DNA from: a virus
Length of the DNA: 64,000 nucleotides
Reading direction: 5' to 3' (one strand)
IMG/VR virus record: IMGVR_UViG_3300037472_000016
Location: 1-64,000 of that record
A program made the position numbers and the translations under genes. The notes under the pieces are model-generated. The model saw only the letters and a program-made list of their open reading frames with translations. It did not search any database and had not been told where the DNA came from. Every line of letters begins with the position of its first letter. Position 1 is the stretch's first letter. Shown in pieces: positions 1-6,892 of the stretch.

Positions 1-90
1 CTCGGTACGAACAACGATCTGCACAATAATCTCTTTTCTTTTTGTTATGATTGGGGGGGGCAGTTTGGTATCATGCCCAGGATAAACACA

Positions 91-240
91 CTATCCCTTG
101 ACCGTAGTCCAGCGAGTCTCGCCATTTACATCAAGACGAACACGCTTGTATCCATTCGAGTTCTCAATGATTTCTTTGACAATACCACTGACACCTGACT
201 TGGGGGTGACGAAGAGGGAATCGATAACGGGAGTAGCCAT
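91..240 (-). CDS. 49-aa small beta-barrel-like protein (paralog of 6146..6295)
   Basis: Manual translation MATPVIDSLFVTPKSGVSGIVKEIIENSNGYKRVRLDVNGETRWTTVKG; GAAAGGA RBS; promoter upstream. Confidence 0.75.
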   Translation of the reverse strand: MATPVIDSLFVTPKSGVSGIVKEIIENSNGYKRVRLDVNGETRWTTVKG

Positions 241-312
241 GTTGAGCATCCTTTCAGTGAGCCAACTATTTTTGTTTTGCCAGCAGGCGCTGGGCTTTTT
301 CCTACAATATGT

Positions 313-387
313 AGTCTATATGCTGGGAAACGATTTGTCTAGTCGTAATGGGTGTTATTTGGTAACAGTTTAGTAACAAGCCCGGCC
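313..387 (-). promoter_or_regulatory. Early promoter cassette
   Basis: -35 TAGACA (336-341), 17 bp, -10 TAGACT (313-318); GTAACA-N5-GTAACA at 362/373; GCCCGGCC 380-387. Confidence 0.75.
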
Positions 388-539
388 TGCCCTAGGCTTT
401 CCTGCGAAGACTCGGGGCACCTTTTTGTACGGGCGGTTATTTATATGCAAGCCTCCAGCACTAGTTCTACACGAACTAATAAATACTTTGGCTTGCACAC
501 CCTTTTCTCTTGTGTGCGTGTTACTCTTTACGGTCCAGC

Positions 540-749
540 CTAACTTCTACGGGCAGTGGTGCTGCCCCAAACAGCTATCACACAAACGACAAGCCATACC
601 CAATGCCAAACACTGCCAATATCTCCACCAGGGCCGAATAGTGCCAGGGCATTGATAACGCCAAAGACAATAGCGGTAATGGTAAGAGCAACACTAACAA
701 CACCTGCAATGATTGCAATGAGTATCAGGTTAGAGGTGCTCTTGTCCAT
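540..749 (-). CDS. Small two-TM membrane protein
   Basis: 69-aa ORF with two hydrophobic segments; TAATG-coupled to the upstream gene. Confidence 0.7.
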   Translation of the reverse strand: MDKSTSNLILIAIIAGVVSVALTITAIVFGVINALALFGPGGDIGSVWHWVWLVVCVIAVWGSTTARRS

Positions 750-892
750 TAGGATTCTTCTTTCTTGTTACCTATAAGCTGTTTGTGGATTGAGATAATA
801 CCCCCGACAAGTAGGCCAAAACCTCCCACGGTTAGTGCCAGCGGTACCAAAAGCAAAAGCCCAATACCTAGCAGTACAAAGAATAGCTCCAT
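749..892 (-). CDS. 47-aa membrane protein
   Basis: Manual translation MELFFVLLGIGLLLLVPLALTVGGFGLLVGGIISIHKQLIGNKKEES. Confidence 0.65.
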   Translation of the reverse strand: MELFFVLLGIGLLLLVPLALTVGGFGLLVGGIISIHKQLIGNKKEES

Positions 893-893
893 G

Positions 894-1082
894 CTATCCC
901 TCCCCTACGTTTGACCAATTTGATTTACGCATTTCGATAATTTGACCCACAGCCGCCATGCGGCCCGTGTCTCCAGAAGACTCGATCATTTCCCAATCAG
1001 TTTCTGTCCACTCTCCAGTGTCAACCACTACTGCGTCATAGGCGCTACCGTAGTTGCCGTCAGCGGCAAAGTAATGAGTCAT
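894..1082 (-). CDS. Hypothetical protein
   Basis: 62-aa ORF, TAATG-coupled. Confidence 0.7.
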   Translation of the reverse strand: MTHYFAADGNYGSAYDAVVVDTGEWTETDWEMIESSGDTGRMAAVGQIIEMRKSNWSNVGEG

Positions 1083-1363
1083 TAGTCTTCCATTCCATAG
1101 TGGTCAACAATCCAGAAGTCTAGGTGGTGCTGTTCGGCAATCTCCCAAGCAGGGGCGGTGTTCTTGCCCTGGTAGAATACCCCATCGGGCAGGGTAATGT
1201 CTTCATTCCACATACCCTCATTGCAGGCACCAATAGCCTCAATGCATGGGTCGATCATGCTGCCAGGTACTGGCGGATAGTGATTTGCGGATAGGTGCCA
1301 ACTCAGGGCAGACCTCATGTCTACATCCTGCTGTGCCATTTCCATTGCGCTCAGTGCTCCCAT
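1082..1363 (-). CDS. Hypothetical phage protein (WHLxxNHYPPVP motif)
   Basis: Start reassigned to ATG 1363, which overlaps the upstream stop (TAATG); 93 aa. Confidence 0.75.
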   Translation of the reverse strand: MGALSAMEMAQQDVDMRSALSWHLSANHYPPVPGSMIDPCIEAIGACNEGMWNEDITLPDGVFYQGKNTAPAWEIAEQHHLDFWIVDHYGMED

Positions 1364-1539
1364 TAGGATTCTTCCATTTCTTCTACGAGTTCGATGAGTT
1401 CTTTGGCCAACACAACAAGCCTGGTGCGTGCTCTGTCTTCGTACAATGAAGAGCCTACCACATACTCTTCCCACTTGCCAATCACAACTGCTAGGTCGTA
1501 TGCCGCATTCTCGTGACGGCAGTAGTCCATGCTAGGCAT
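1363..1539 (-). CDS. 58-aa hypothetical protein (MxYCRxEN motif)
   Basis: Manual translation MPSMDYCRHENAAYDLAVVIGKWEEY...; GAAAGGA RBS. Confidence 0.7.
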   Translation of the reverse strand: MPSMDYCRHENAAYDLAVVIGKWEEYVVGSSLYEDRARTRLVVLAKELIELVEEMEES

Positions 1540-1561
1540 GTTGTTCCTTTCGTTTGATTAG

Positions 1562-1585
1562 AGTCTAACCCATACCCCTGACATT
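1562..1585 (-). promoter_or_regulatory. Promoter with AATGTCRG box 10 nt upstream of the -10
   Basis: AATGTCAG-N10-TAGACT; same geometry at 4865-4888 and 5140-5163. Confidence 0.6.
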
Positions 1586-1593
1586 GCGGGGTA

Positions 1594-1683
1594 TCAAGAG
1601 ACAACAGAAGACAACAAAATAATAAACATTGCCAGAATCGCTCCTAGTACAAAGAAGATAACAAAGTCTACAACCTTCTTCAT
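1594..1683 (-). CDS. 29-aa single-TM peptide
   Basis: MKKVVDFVIFFVLGAILAMFIILLSSVVS; ATGA overlap with the upstream gene. Confidence 0.55.
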   Translation of the reverse strand: MKKVVDFVIFFVLGAILAMFIILLSSVVS

Positions 1684-1817
1684 GCTTCTACCTCATACCC
1701 AATTACTTCCCAGCAGGTGAGACACCCACCAGGAATATCGTTTGGGTCTTGGATAAAGGTGTGGTGCCTTCCAAAAAGGATTTCGTGGAAAGCAACTTTT
1801 GATTCAAGAGTACTCAT
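1680..1817 (-). CDS. 45-aa hypothetical protein
   Basis: Manual translation MSTLESKVAFHEILFGRHH...CLTCWEVIGYEVEA; GAAAGGA RBS. Confidence 0.6.
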   Translation of the reverse strand: MSTLESKVAFHEILFGRHHTFIQDPNDIPGGCLTCWEVIGYEVEA

Positions 1818-1840
1818 GTTGTGTCCTTTCGATTAATCTC

Positions 1841-1905
1841 AGTCTATATCCTGGGAAAGATTTTGTCTAGTCGTAAAGGTCTCTATTTGATAACGCTGCC
1901 CGGCC
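1841..1905 (-). promoter_or_regulatory. Early promoter cassette
   Basis: TAGACA-17-TAGACT (1864-1869, 1841-1846); CTGGGA 1851, CGTAAA 1872, ATAACG 1890, GCCCGGCC 1898. Confidence 0.75.
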
Positions 1906-1949
1906 AGAAGCCCCACAAGATTGTCAAGTCCTGTGAGGCTATCGTCTAC

Positions 1950-2132
1950 CTAGACTTCGTATGCCGCATCGATAAAGCGCTCACGCAAAAAGCGCTCATT
2001 GTCTGCCGCAAACATATCTGCAAATGAGTGAACCAAAACGTCAAAGTCTTGGTCTTGCTCAACTGTCACAGAATCTTTGTAGAACTGGTTTAGGATAGTG
2101 CTGGTGCTGATGTAATCGCGTCGTGTCATCAT
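1950..2132 (-). CDS. Hypothetical protein (MTRRDY...DNERF motif)
   Basis: 60-aa ORF; RBS; TAGACA-17-TAGACT promoter at 2176-2204. Confidence 0.75.
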   Translation of the reverse strand: MMTRRDYISTSTILNQFYKDSVTVEQDQDFDVLVHSFADMFAADNERFLRERFIDAAYEV

Positions 2133-2201
2133 GGTGTTTGCCCTTTCATTGGCGTGTGCTTTACTTGTTGTTATTAGTCTACACGGGGGTAGAGTGTTTG
2201 T

Positions 2202-2369
2202 CTAGTCGGAGTCTTTGTAGTCTTTGATTGCTTCTGTCAGATACATACCGCCCAAAACTGCAAAGATGGGACCGAGTACGCTAAGCCAAATGGCTCCAGT
2301 GATACCACCAACGGTGCTAAATAGCAAGCCAGTGACGATGTTTAGAATTGCTTGTGGCATTAGCATCAT
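2202..2369 (-). CDS. 55-aa membrane protein
   Basis: Manual translation MMLMPQAILNIVTGLLFSTVGGITGAIWLSVLGPIFAVLGG... Confidence 0.6.
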   Translation of the reverse strand: MMLMPQAILNIVTGLLFSTVGGITGAIWLSVLGPIFAVLGGMYLTEAIKDYKDSD

Positions 2370-2530
2370 TATGAATACTCCTTTACTGCGGCACCGAGGG
2401 CACCTGCGCGTGTACGAATTCGACGGTATCGAGTGTCTAGGTGAGTCCCCGCCTTATTAGAGCGACGAATCTCACGCATGGCCTGAATGTACTCAGGGTT
2501 AGCAGTCTTGGAATAAGCTTTCTTTGTCAT
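2369..2530 (-). CDS. 53-aa basic protein (EIRRSN motif)
   Basis: Manual translation MTKKAYSKTANPEYIQAMREIRRSNKAGTHLDTRYRRIRTR... Confidence 0.7.
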   Translation of the reverse strand: MTKKAYSKTANPEYIQAMREIRRSNKAGTHLDTRYRRIRTRAGALGAAVKEYS

Positions 2531-2566
2531 GACTAAATCCTATCAGAAGACTGCTGGGGTAGCAAA

Positions 2567-2764
2567 TCAGTAATCACTATCGACCTCATACCCATCTCGA
2601 ATGAGATTGTCGATGTATTCATTCAGCCCTGCACGATATGCAATGGGGTCTAACTCATACAATACTCTTGATGGATAGAAAGAAATGCCCATTACCTCGA
2701 TCATCGGAGCATCGTCTAGGGAATCTTCGAATTGCTGGAAGGCTTGGTGCTTGGTGATTTTCAT
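2567..2764 (-). CDS. Hypothetical protein (PSxVLxELDPIAYR motif)
   Basis: Start reassigned to ATG 2764 with GAAAGG RBS; TTGACA-17-TAGAAT promoter at 2790-2818. Confidence 0.75.
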   Translation of the reverse strand: MKITKHQAFQQFEDSLDDAPMIEVMGISFYPSRVLYELDPIAYRAGLNEYIDNLIRDGYEVDSDY

Positions 2765-2792
2765 TAGTTTACCTTTCGTCGTTGATATGATT

Positions 2793-2906
2793 CTAGTTGT
2801 TTTCGCTGTCAATGTCAAGGGTATTGCCAAGTCCATCCTCAAAAATGCAATCAGGGTCACCAGGCATGGTATGAAACATCTCGTGAGTGTCGCAGAACGT
2901 GTTCAT
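2793..2906 (-). CDS. 37-aa acidic Cys/His peptide, leaderless
   Basis: ATG 6 nt after -10 TAGACT; MNTFCDTHEMFHTMPGDPDCIFEDG... Confidence 0.55.
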   Translation of the reverse strand: MNTFCDTHEMFHTMPGDPDCIFEDGLGNTLDIDSENN

Positions 2907-2912
2907 GATATG

Positions 2913-2986
2913 AGTCTAACATTCTGGGAATAAAAGCACAACCTACGTAAAGAGTATTTGATAACGTTTCTATAACGTACCCGGCC
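2913..2986 (-). promoter_or_regulatory. Early promoter cassette
   Basis: -10 TAGACT 2913-2918; CTGGGA 2924, CGTAAA 2946, ATAACG 2961/2972, ACCCGGCC 2979; near copy of 3323-3396. Confidence 0.7.
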
Positions 2987-2993
2987 CCTCCCC

Positions 2994-3203
2994 TCAAAGC
3001 CCAAGATGGTGGGCAAAGTCATCAACCGCATCATGGGCTACCTGCCGGTCATGCTCGGCCAGCCAACGATAAAACTCACCCCTTGCCCCACCTCCCGCGA
3101 GGTGTTCTTGGTAGTCCTTGTCGCTAGGGAACTCAACCTGATCGTAAGAGCGGTCATACGCATCAAAAACGTCTTCCGTTGTCGGCGTGTACTCGTCACT
3201 CAT
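2994..3203 (-). CDS. Hypothetical protein (YTPTTEDV...FxRWLAEHDR motif)
   Basis: 69 aa from ATG 3203; ATGA overlap. Confidence 0.75.
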   Translation of the reverse strand: MSDEYTPTTEDVFDAYDRSYDQVEFPSDKDYQEHLAGGGARGEFYRWLAEHDRQVAHDAVDDFAHHLGL

Positions 3204-3316
3204 GACCACGCCCCATAAGCAATTTCAAATTGAGCCATTGCCAACTCAAATTGTCCAGACTCATCAAAGTATTCGGATGCGTCTTCCGAGGTCCAAGCGT
3301 TCATTTTCTCTTCCAT
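3200..3316 (-). CDS. 38-aa acidic peptide, leaderless
   Basis: MEEKMNAWTSEDASEYFDESGQFELAMAQFEIAYGAWS; ATG 6 nt after TAAGAT. Confidence 0.6.
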   Translation of the reverse strand: MEEKMNAWTSEDASEYFDESGQFELAMAQFEIAYGAWS

Positions 3317-3322
3317 GTTTTT

Positions 3323-3396
3323 ATCTTAACATTCTGGGAATAATTAAGCAACCTACGTAAAGGCTTTCTATGTAACGGTTTGGTAACGGGCCGGGC
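3323..3396 (-). promoter_or_regulatory. Early promoter cassette
   Basis: TTGCTT-17-TAAGAT; CTGGGA 3334, CGTAAA 3356, GTAACG 3372/3383, inverted octamer GGCCGGGC 3389. Confidence 0.7.
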
Positions 3397-3422
3397 ACAC
3401 CTTTCGGTGTTTGTCAAACCCC

Positions 3423-3947
3423 CTAAATTGCGCTACCCCGAATAACAATCCAAATAAGGGCTTGAATTGTCCGATTAGTCATTCCCGTTTTACGAGCAAT
3501 AACACTAACCGCCTCAGACATTTCGCGGTATTGCGTTTTATTAGGAGAATCCGAATTGACTAATGCTGCACGCATCATCCAGATATCAATAACAATTGCA
3601 TCCTCATCGCCTGCAATAGCACGAGCGAATGCATTAGTCTTAGGGCCACGCAATGCGTCAAATCCATTAGTAATAGCTTCATTAGCCATACGGATATTGT
3701 TAGGCAAGCCACGGACTTCTAAGCCTAATGAGAATGCAATGGCTTTCGACACGTTGGATGCCCAACGCTCACGAGGTGAGAATGCAGAAACTACACTGGC
3801 ACCAACCTCTACGCTGACATTTAGGTTCTCTGCCACTTCACGAGCTACGTTCTCAGCATCGTTATACCAAGTGGATGCATCTTCAATCTGTCCGAGGGTA
3901 GCACGAGCAACCAAGGCAGAGAATCGGTCGGTGTAGATATCAATCAT
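3423..3947 (-). CDS. HhH-GPD-like DNA glycosylase-fold protein
   Basis: LRGPKTNAF...IVIDIWMMR...IQALIW resembles the HhH Lys plus catalytic Asp motif. Confidence 0.55.
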   Translation of the reverse strand: MIDIYTDRFSALVARATLGQIEDASTWYNDAENVAREVAENLNVSVEVGASVVSAFSPRERWASNVSKAIAFSLGLEVRGLPNNIRMANEAITNGFDALRGPKTNAFARAIAGDEDAIVIDIWMMRAALVNSDSPNKTQYREMSEAVSVIARKTGMTNRTIQALIWIVIRGSAI

Positions 3948-4017
3948 GAGGTTTTCCCTTTCGTCGTACCCTTAGTCTAATGCATAGAATTAGAAAAAGT
4001 CAACCTAAAAAAGAAAG

Positions 4018-4126
4018 CTGGGATAAAGCTGGGAATCTTCATAAACAGCCTTAAAGACTTGACATTTATGATAGGATGCCCGGCCCCTCACAGGTAATTG
4101 GCAGCTAGCTCACAGGCTAATCACAG
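4018..4126. repeat. 11-bp-phased hexamer array around GCCCGGCC
   Basis: CTGGGA 4018/4029, CATAAA 4040, CTTAAA 4050; octamer 4078; inverted TCACAG 4088/4110/4121. Confidence 0.75.
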
Positions 4127-4128
4127 AG

Positions 4129-4278
4129 TCAGTTGGGAACGTCATATCCCCATTTGGCTAATTTTTCTTGCATAACGCAAATCTGCCTACGCAATTGCCT
4201 AGCACTAACCATTTCGTCTTTATCAGAATTGGCAACTGTCCAATTGATAATGTATTCAAGCATTTCATATTCAGTCAT
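4129..4278 (-). CDS. 49-aa hypothetical protein
   Basis: Manual translation MTEYEMLEYIINWTVANSDKDEMVSARQLRRQ... Confidence 0.55.
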   Translation of the reverse strand: MTEYEMLEYIINWTVANSDKDEMVSARQLRRQICVMQEKLAKWGYDVPN

Positions 4279-4287
4279 TGATAATTC

Positions 4288-4440
4288 CTATTCTGGTAAT
4301 TCATAAGTCTTTAGAAGAAACTCACAAAATTCAATTCGGCTTATAAACCAATCTGTGCTAGGCGTACCATTATCAACAAATGACTTATTTGCAGCGATAA
4401 TGTTTAGAAGGTCGGCCTGCGTTAGTATAAACTTTTCCAT
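4288..4440 (-). CDS. 50-aa hypothetical protein
   Basis: MEKFILTQADLLNIIAANKSF...; AAAGAAAGAGAGAG RBS. Confidence 0.6.
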   Translation of the reverse strand: MEKFILTQADLLNIIAANKSFVDNGTPSTDWFISRIEFCEFLLKTYELPE

Positions 4441-4467
4441 TGTGCTCTCTCTTTCTTTGATTCTGAT

Positions 4468-4545
4468 TTAGCAATAAGGTATGCTGCAAATGCTAAACGG
4501 TATAAACAATGCAATTACCAATAACACGATAAACAAATACTTCAT
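4468..4545 (-). CDS. 25-aa hydrophobic peptide
   Basis: MKYLFIVLLVIALFIPFSICSIPYC; ATGA overlap. Confidence 0.4.
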   Translation of the reverse strand: MKYLFIVLLVIALFIPFSICSIPYC

Positions 4546-4685
4546 GATACTAAATGTCCAAACTCTTCTGGCATATATTTAGCGGCATCAGCATAAGTGA
4601 CAATACCGTCATACTCATTACAGGTACGACAAATGTATTCCCCTGGGTCTTTGCCACAGTAAATACAAATGGTTTTATCTTCCAT
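4542..4685 (-). CDS. 47-aa C4 zinc-finger miniprotein (paralog of 6631..6750)
   Basis: MEDKTICIYCGKDPGEYICRTCNEYDGIVTYADAAKY...; GAAAGGA RBS. Confidence 0.7.
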   Translation of the reverse strand: MEDKTICIYCGKDPGEYICRTCNEYDGIVTYADAAKYMPEEFGHLVS

Positions 4686-4711
4686 TTCTATTCCTTTCTT
4701 TATCACTAACA

Positions 4712-4834
4712 TTACCGAGTGGTAACGGTTAGCGCTCCCATTTCCATAAAGGTATCAATAGCAGAGTTTACTGCCCAAGGGTCAACCTCAATGCTGAGGG
4801 GCGATGCATTTGCGAACGTTGCAGTGATTTCCAT
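4712..4834 (-). CDS. 40-aa hypothetical protein
   Basis: MEITATFANASPLSIEVDPWAVNSAIDTFMEMGALTVTTR; purine-rich RBS and promoter at 4865-4888. Confidence 0.6.
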   Translation of the reverse strand: MEITATFANASPLSIEVDPWAVNSAIDTFMEMGALTVTTR

Positions 4835-4887
4835 TAGATTTTCTCTTTCTTTTTCGTTTGATTTATTCTAGCACGTACCACCGACAT

Positions 4888-5115
4888 TTAGTCGCGGTAG
4901 CCGTAGGTATTCTCTTTGAGGGCAACGAATGCCGAATACGTGTCATTGATAGCACGAGAGACGTTTACCTTGTTTAGATCACCACGGAATGACCAGTGAT
5001 TGCAGTAGTACTCGTATTTCTGTTCTACTGTCAGGATATTAGCGTTAGCCCATTCCTGCATGTCTTCTGTGAGATTGCTGAAAGCATCTGCCACATCGTC
5101 TAGCGTTTTGTTCAT
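4888..5115 (-). CDS. Hypothetical protein
   Basis: 75-aa ORF; GGAAGAGG RBS; promoter at 5140-5163. Confidence 0.7.
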   Translation of the reverse strand: MNKTLDDVADAFSNLTEDMQEWANANILTVEQKYEYYCNHWSFRGDLNKVNVSRAINDTYSAFVALKENTYGYRD

Positions 5116-5188
5116 TAGATTTCCTCTTCCTTTTCCTCTAGCTTAGCACGGCCCACCGACATTACCTAATCCTAGAGGCATTATTTTG

Positions 5189-5279
5189 GTAACAGTTTGA
5201 TAACGGAAAGCTGGGAATAATCTGCGAATATACGTAAAGGTGTCTTAAAGCTACCTGAGAGTTAGCTGAGCGCCCGGCC
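5189..5279. repeat. Eight-hexamer array in exact 11-bp register plus octamer
   Basis: GTAACA 5189, ATAACG 5200, CTGGGA 5211, CTGCGA 5222, CGTAAA 5233, CTTAAA 5244, CTGAGA 5255, CTGAGC 5266, GCCCGGCC 5272. Confidence 0.85.
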
Positions 5280-5330
5280 CATTTCTGTTTTTTGTCAAGG
5301 CGACACGCCGCCTCACAGCGGATTTACAGC

Positions 5331-5477
5331 CTACATACGGGCAAGCAAATCCATTTCATTATCAATATCGATATCGTGCTGTTCTGCACAGCTATCAGAC
5401 ATATTGGTAACAATGCAAGAGTTATTGCAATAGCAACGGAAAGGGACTGCATAAGCCCAACGCTGGATGTTATTCAT
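5331..5477 (-). CDS. 48-aa Cys-containing hypothetical protein
   Basis: MNNIQRWAYAVPFRCYCNNSCIVTNMSDSCAEQHD... Confidence 0.45.
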   Translation of the reverse strand: MNNIQRWAYAVPFRCYCNNSCIVTNMSDSCAEQHDIDIDNEMDLLARM

Positions 5478-5507
5478 TATATATATACCTATTCTATTAG
5501 ATTCTTA

Positions 5508-5645
5508 TTAGTTGTGGATATAAACTACCGTGGTAAACCTACCACGATTTTTACCATCGGACATTATGGATTTAGTTGGATTGCATGAGCAAGCTTTACC
5601 ATTGTGTCCGATAATGCTGCCAGACTTTACGATATGACGTTCCAT
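5508..5645 (-). CDS. 45-aa hypothetical protein
   Basis: Start reassigned to ATG 5645 (MERHIVKSG...) with a purine-rich RBS. Confidence 0.6.
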   Translation of the reverse strand: MERHIVKSGSIIGHNGKACSCNPTKSIMSDGKNRGRFTTVVYIHN

Positions 5646-5735
5646 GATTTTCTTCTTTCTGTTAGATTCTTTTTTGCTATGTCTATAGCTTAGCATGGCA
5701 CCAGCCAGATAGCAAGCCCAAGCACCCCCTTTTTG

Positions 5736-5955
5736 GTAACAGATTTGTAACAAGAAGCTGTGAACAACCTGGGAACTAACTTAAAGGAGTCTTATGCTTA
5801 CCTGTGAATTACCTGAGCGCCCGGCCAAACTGTGAATATGCTGGGAATATTCTGGGAAAAACTTAACCTTATCGTAAATTTGTATTAATACAAAGCAACC
5901 GACCGACCCCTTGCGGGTCGGCTACACCTGGGAGTTGTCTGTGAACTCCCTGTGA
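5736..5955. repeat. Second eight-hexamer 11-bp array plus octamer and further phased hexamers
   Basis: GTAACA 5736/5747, CTGTGA 5758, CTGGGA 5769, CTTAAA 5780, CTTATG 5791, CTGTGA 5802, CTGAGC 5813, GCCCGGCC 5819; then 5830/5841/5852 and 5928/5939/5950. Confidence 0.85.
5899..5922 (-). terminator. GC-rich hairpin, putative terminator
   Basis: CCGACCC-cttgc-GGGTCGG downstream of 5958..6053. Confidence 0.45.
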
Positions 5956-5957
5956 GC

Positions 5958-6053
5958 CTAGCTAACGGCTACCATATATACCGCCGTTCCGCAATTCCCA
6001 CAGGCACGGATGAAGGTAGGGTACTGGCACTTGGAGCACTTGTATTCTGTCAT
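5958..6053 (-). CDS. 31-aa CxxC-CxxC zinc-ribbon peptide
   Basis: MTEYKCSKCQYPTFIRACGNCGTAVYMVAVS; AAGAAGAGGA RBS. Confidence 0.65.
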   Translation of the reverse strand: MTEYKCSKCQYPTFIRACGNCGTAVYMVAVS

Positions 6054-6116
6054 GATTTCCTCTTCTTGTTAGTATCAGTCTAGTCTATGACCTGCACCTA
6101 TTGCAAGCCATAGACC

Positions 6117-6403
6117 CAACTTTATGCTGGGAGTTTGCTGATAGCCTAGGCTACCTTTACCATGCTCCATTTCTCAGCGGTATCGCTGACCAGTCGCACT
6201 CGCACGAGTCCATGAGTAGCAGGTACTATCTCAGCGATGGTACCAGTAAAGCCAGACTTAGGCGATACGTATTGCTGACCGATTGTTAGTGTCATGATGT
6301 TTCCTATCTGTTAGATTCTTTGTCCTTGTAGTATCAGTATAGTCTGACTAGGGCAGACAGCGCAACTCCTAGAGCAACTTTATGCTGTGAGTTTGCTGAT
6401 AGC
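6117..6403. repeat. Direct repeat of about 29 bp (6117 and 6375)
   Basis: CAACTTTATGCTG(G/T)GAGTTTGCTGATAGC, each copy upstream of a leftward promoter. Confidence 0.8.
6146..6295 (-). CDS. 49-aa small beta-barrel-like protein (paralog of 91..240)
   Basis: MTLTIGQQYVSPKSGFTGTIAEIVPATHGLVRVRLVSDTAEKWSMVKVA. Confidence 0.75.
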   Translation of the reverse strand: MTLTIGQQYVSPKSGFTGTIAEIVPATHGLVRVRLVSDTAEKWSMVKVA

Positions 6404-6478
6404 TGCTCGGTGCTGCCATAGGACTAGCGCATAGGCTAAGGTCAGCGGTACCATGATGAGAAAGAATTGCATTACCAT
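6380..6478 (-). CDS. 32-aa single-TM peptide
   Basis: MVMQFFLIMVPLTLAYALVLWQHRAAISKLTA. Confidence 0.45.
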   Translation of the reverse strand: MVMQFFLIMVPLTLAYALVLWQHRAAISKLTA

Positions 6479-6500
6479 GTCTGTATCCTATCTTGCATTA

Positions 6501-6609
6501 CTGGGAAATACCTGTGTGTAACGTAGACGCAGCCTGTGTATTGGCTGAGAGTCGGGTCGGGTCGGGTAGCCTGTAAGTTACCTGAGTGCTGCCTGGGCAC
6601 TGGCTGGGA
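6501..6609. repeat. Phased CTG-hexamers flanking (GTCGG)3
   Basis: 6501/6512/6534/6545 and 6571/6582/6593/6604. Confidence 0.7.
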
Positions 6610-6630
6610 GCCTCTCACGCTCCCTTACCG

Positions 6631-6750
6631 CTATGCCGTTAGATAGTCCATAGCGTCTCGGTATCCCATGATACCCTTGTACTCACCACAGCGACGGCAG
6701 ATGGTGGATTCTACTGGCATAACGCAGAAGATGCAGACTTGTTGTTCCAT
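6631..6750 (-). CDS. 39-aa C4 zinc-finger miniprotein
   Basis: MEQQVCIFCVMPVESTICRRCGEYKGIMGYRDAMDYLTA. Confidence 0.7.
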   Translation of the reverse strand: MEQQVCIFCVMPVESTICRRCGEYKGIMGYRDAMDYLTA

Positions 6751-6892
6751 GATGTTACTCTTTTCTGTTAGATTCTTTTTTCTTGGCTATGTTCTTTTTT
6801 TCTTATAGCTATAGCTTAGCACAGGTTTAGGGCCTCGCACTACCAAAATTGAAAAATAAAATAAAAACCTTTTCTCACTTATGGGGTGGTAC

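Noticed and set aside
313-5826. Integron attC-like cassette array (TAAC motifs between small genes)
   Set aside because: The TAAC motifs are direct repeats rather than inverted R/L boxes, the genes carry their own promoters, and no integrase is present
98-6289. Plus-strand ORFs in the early region
   Set aside because: They overlap well-supported minus-strand genes whose promoters and RBSs all point left
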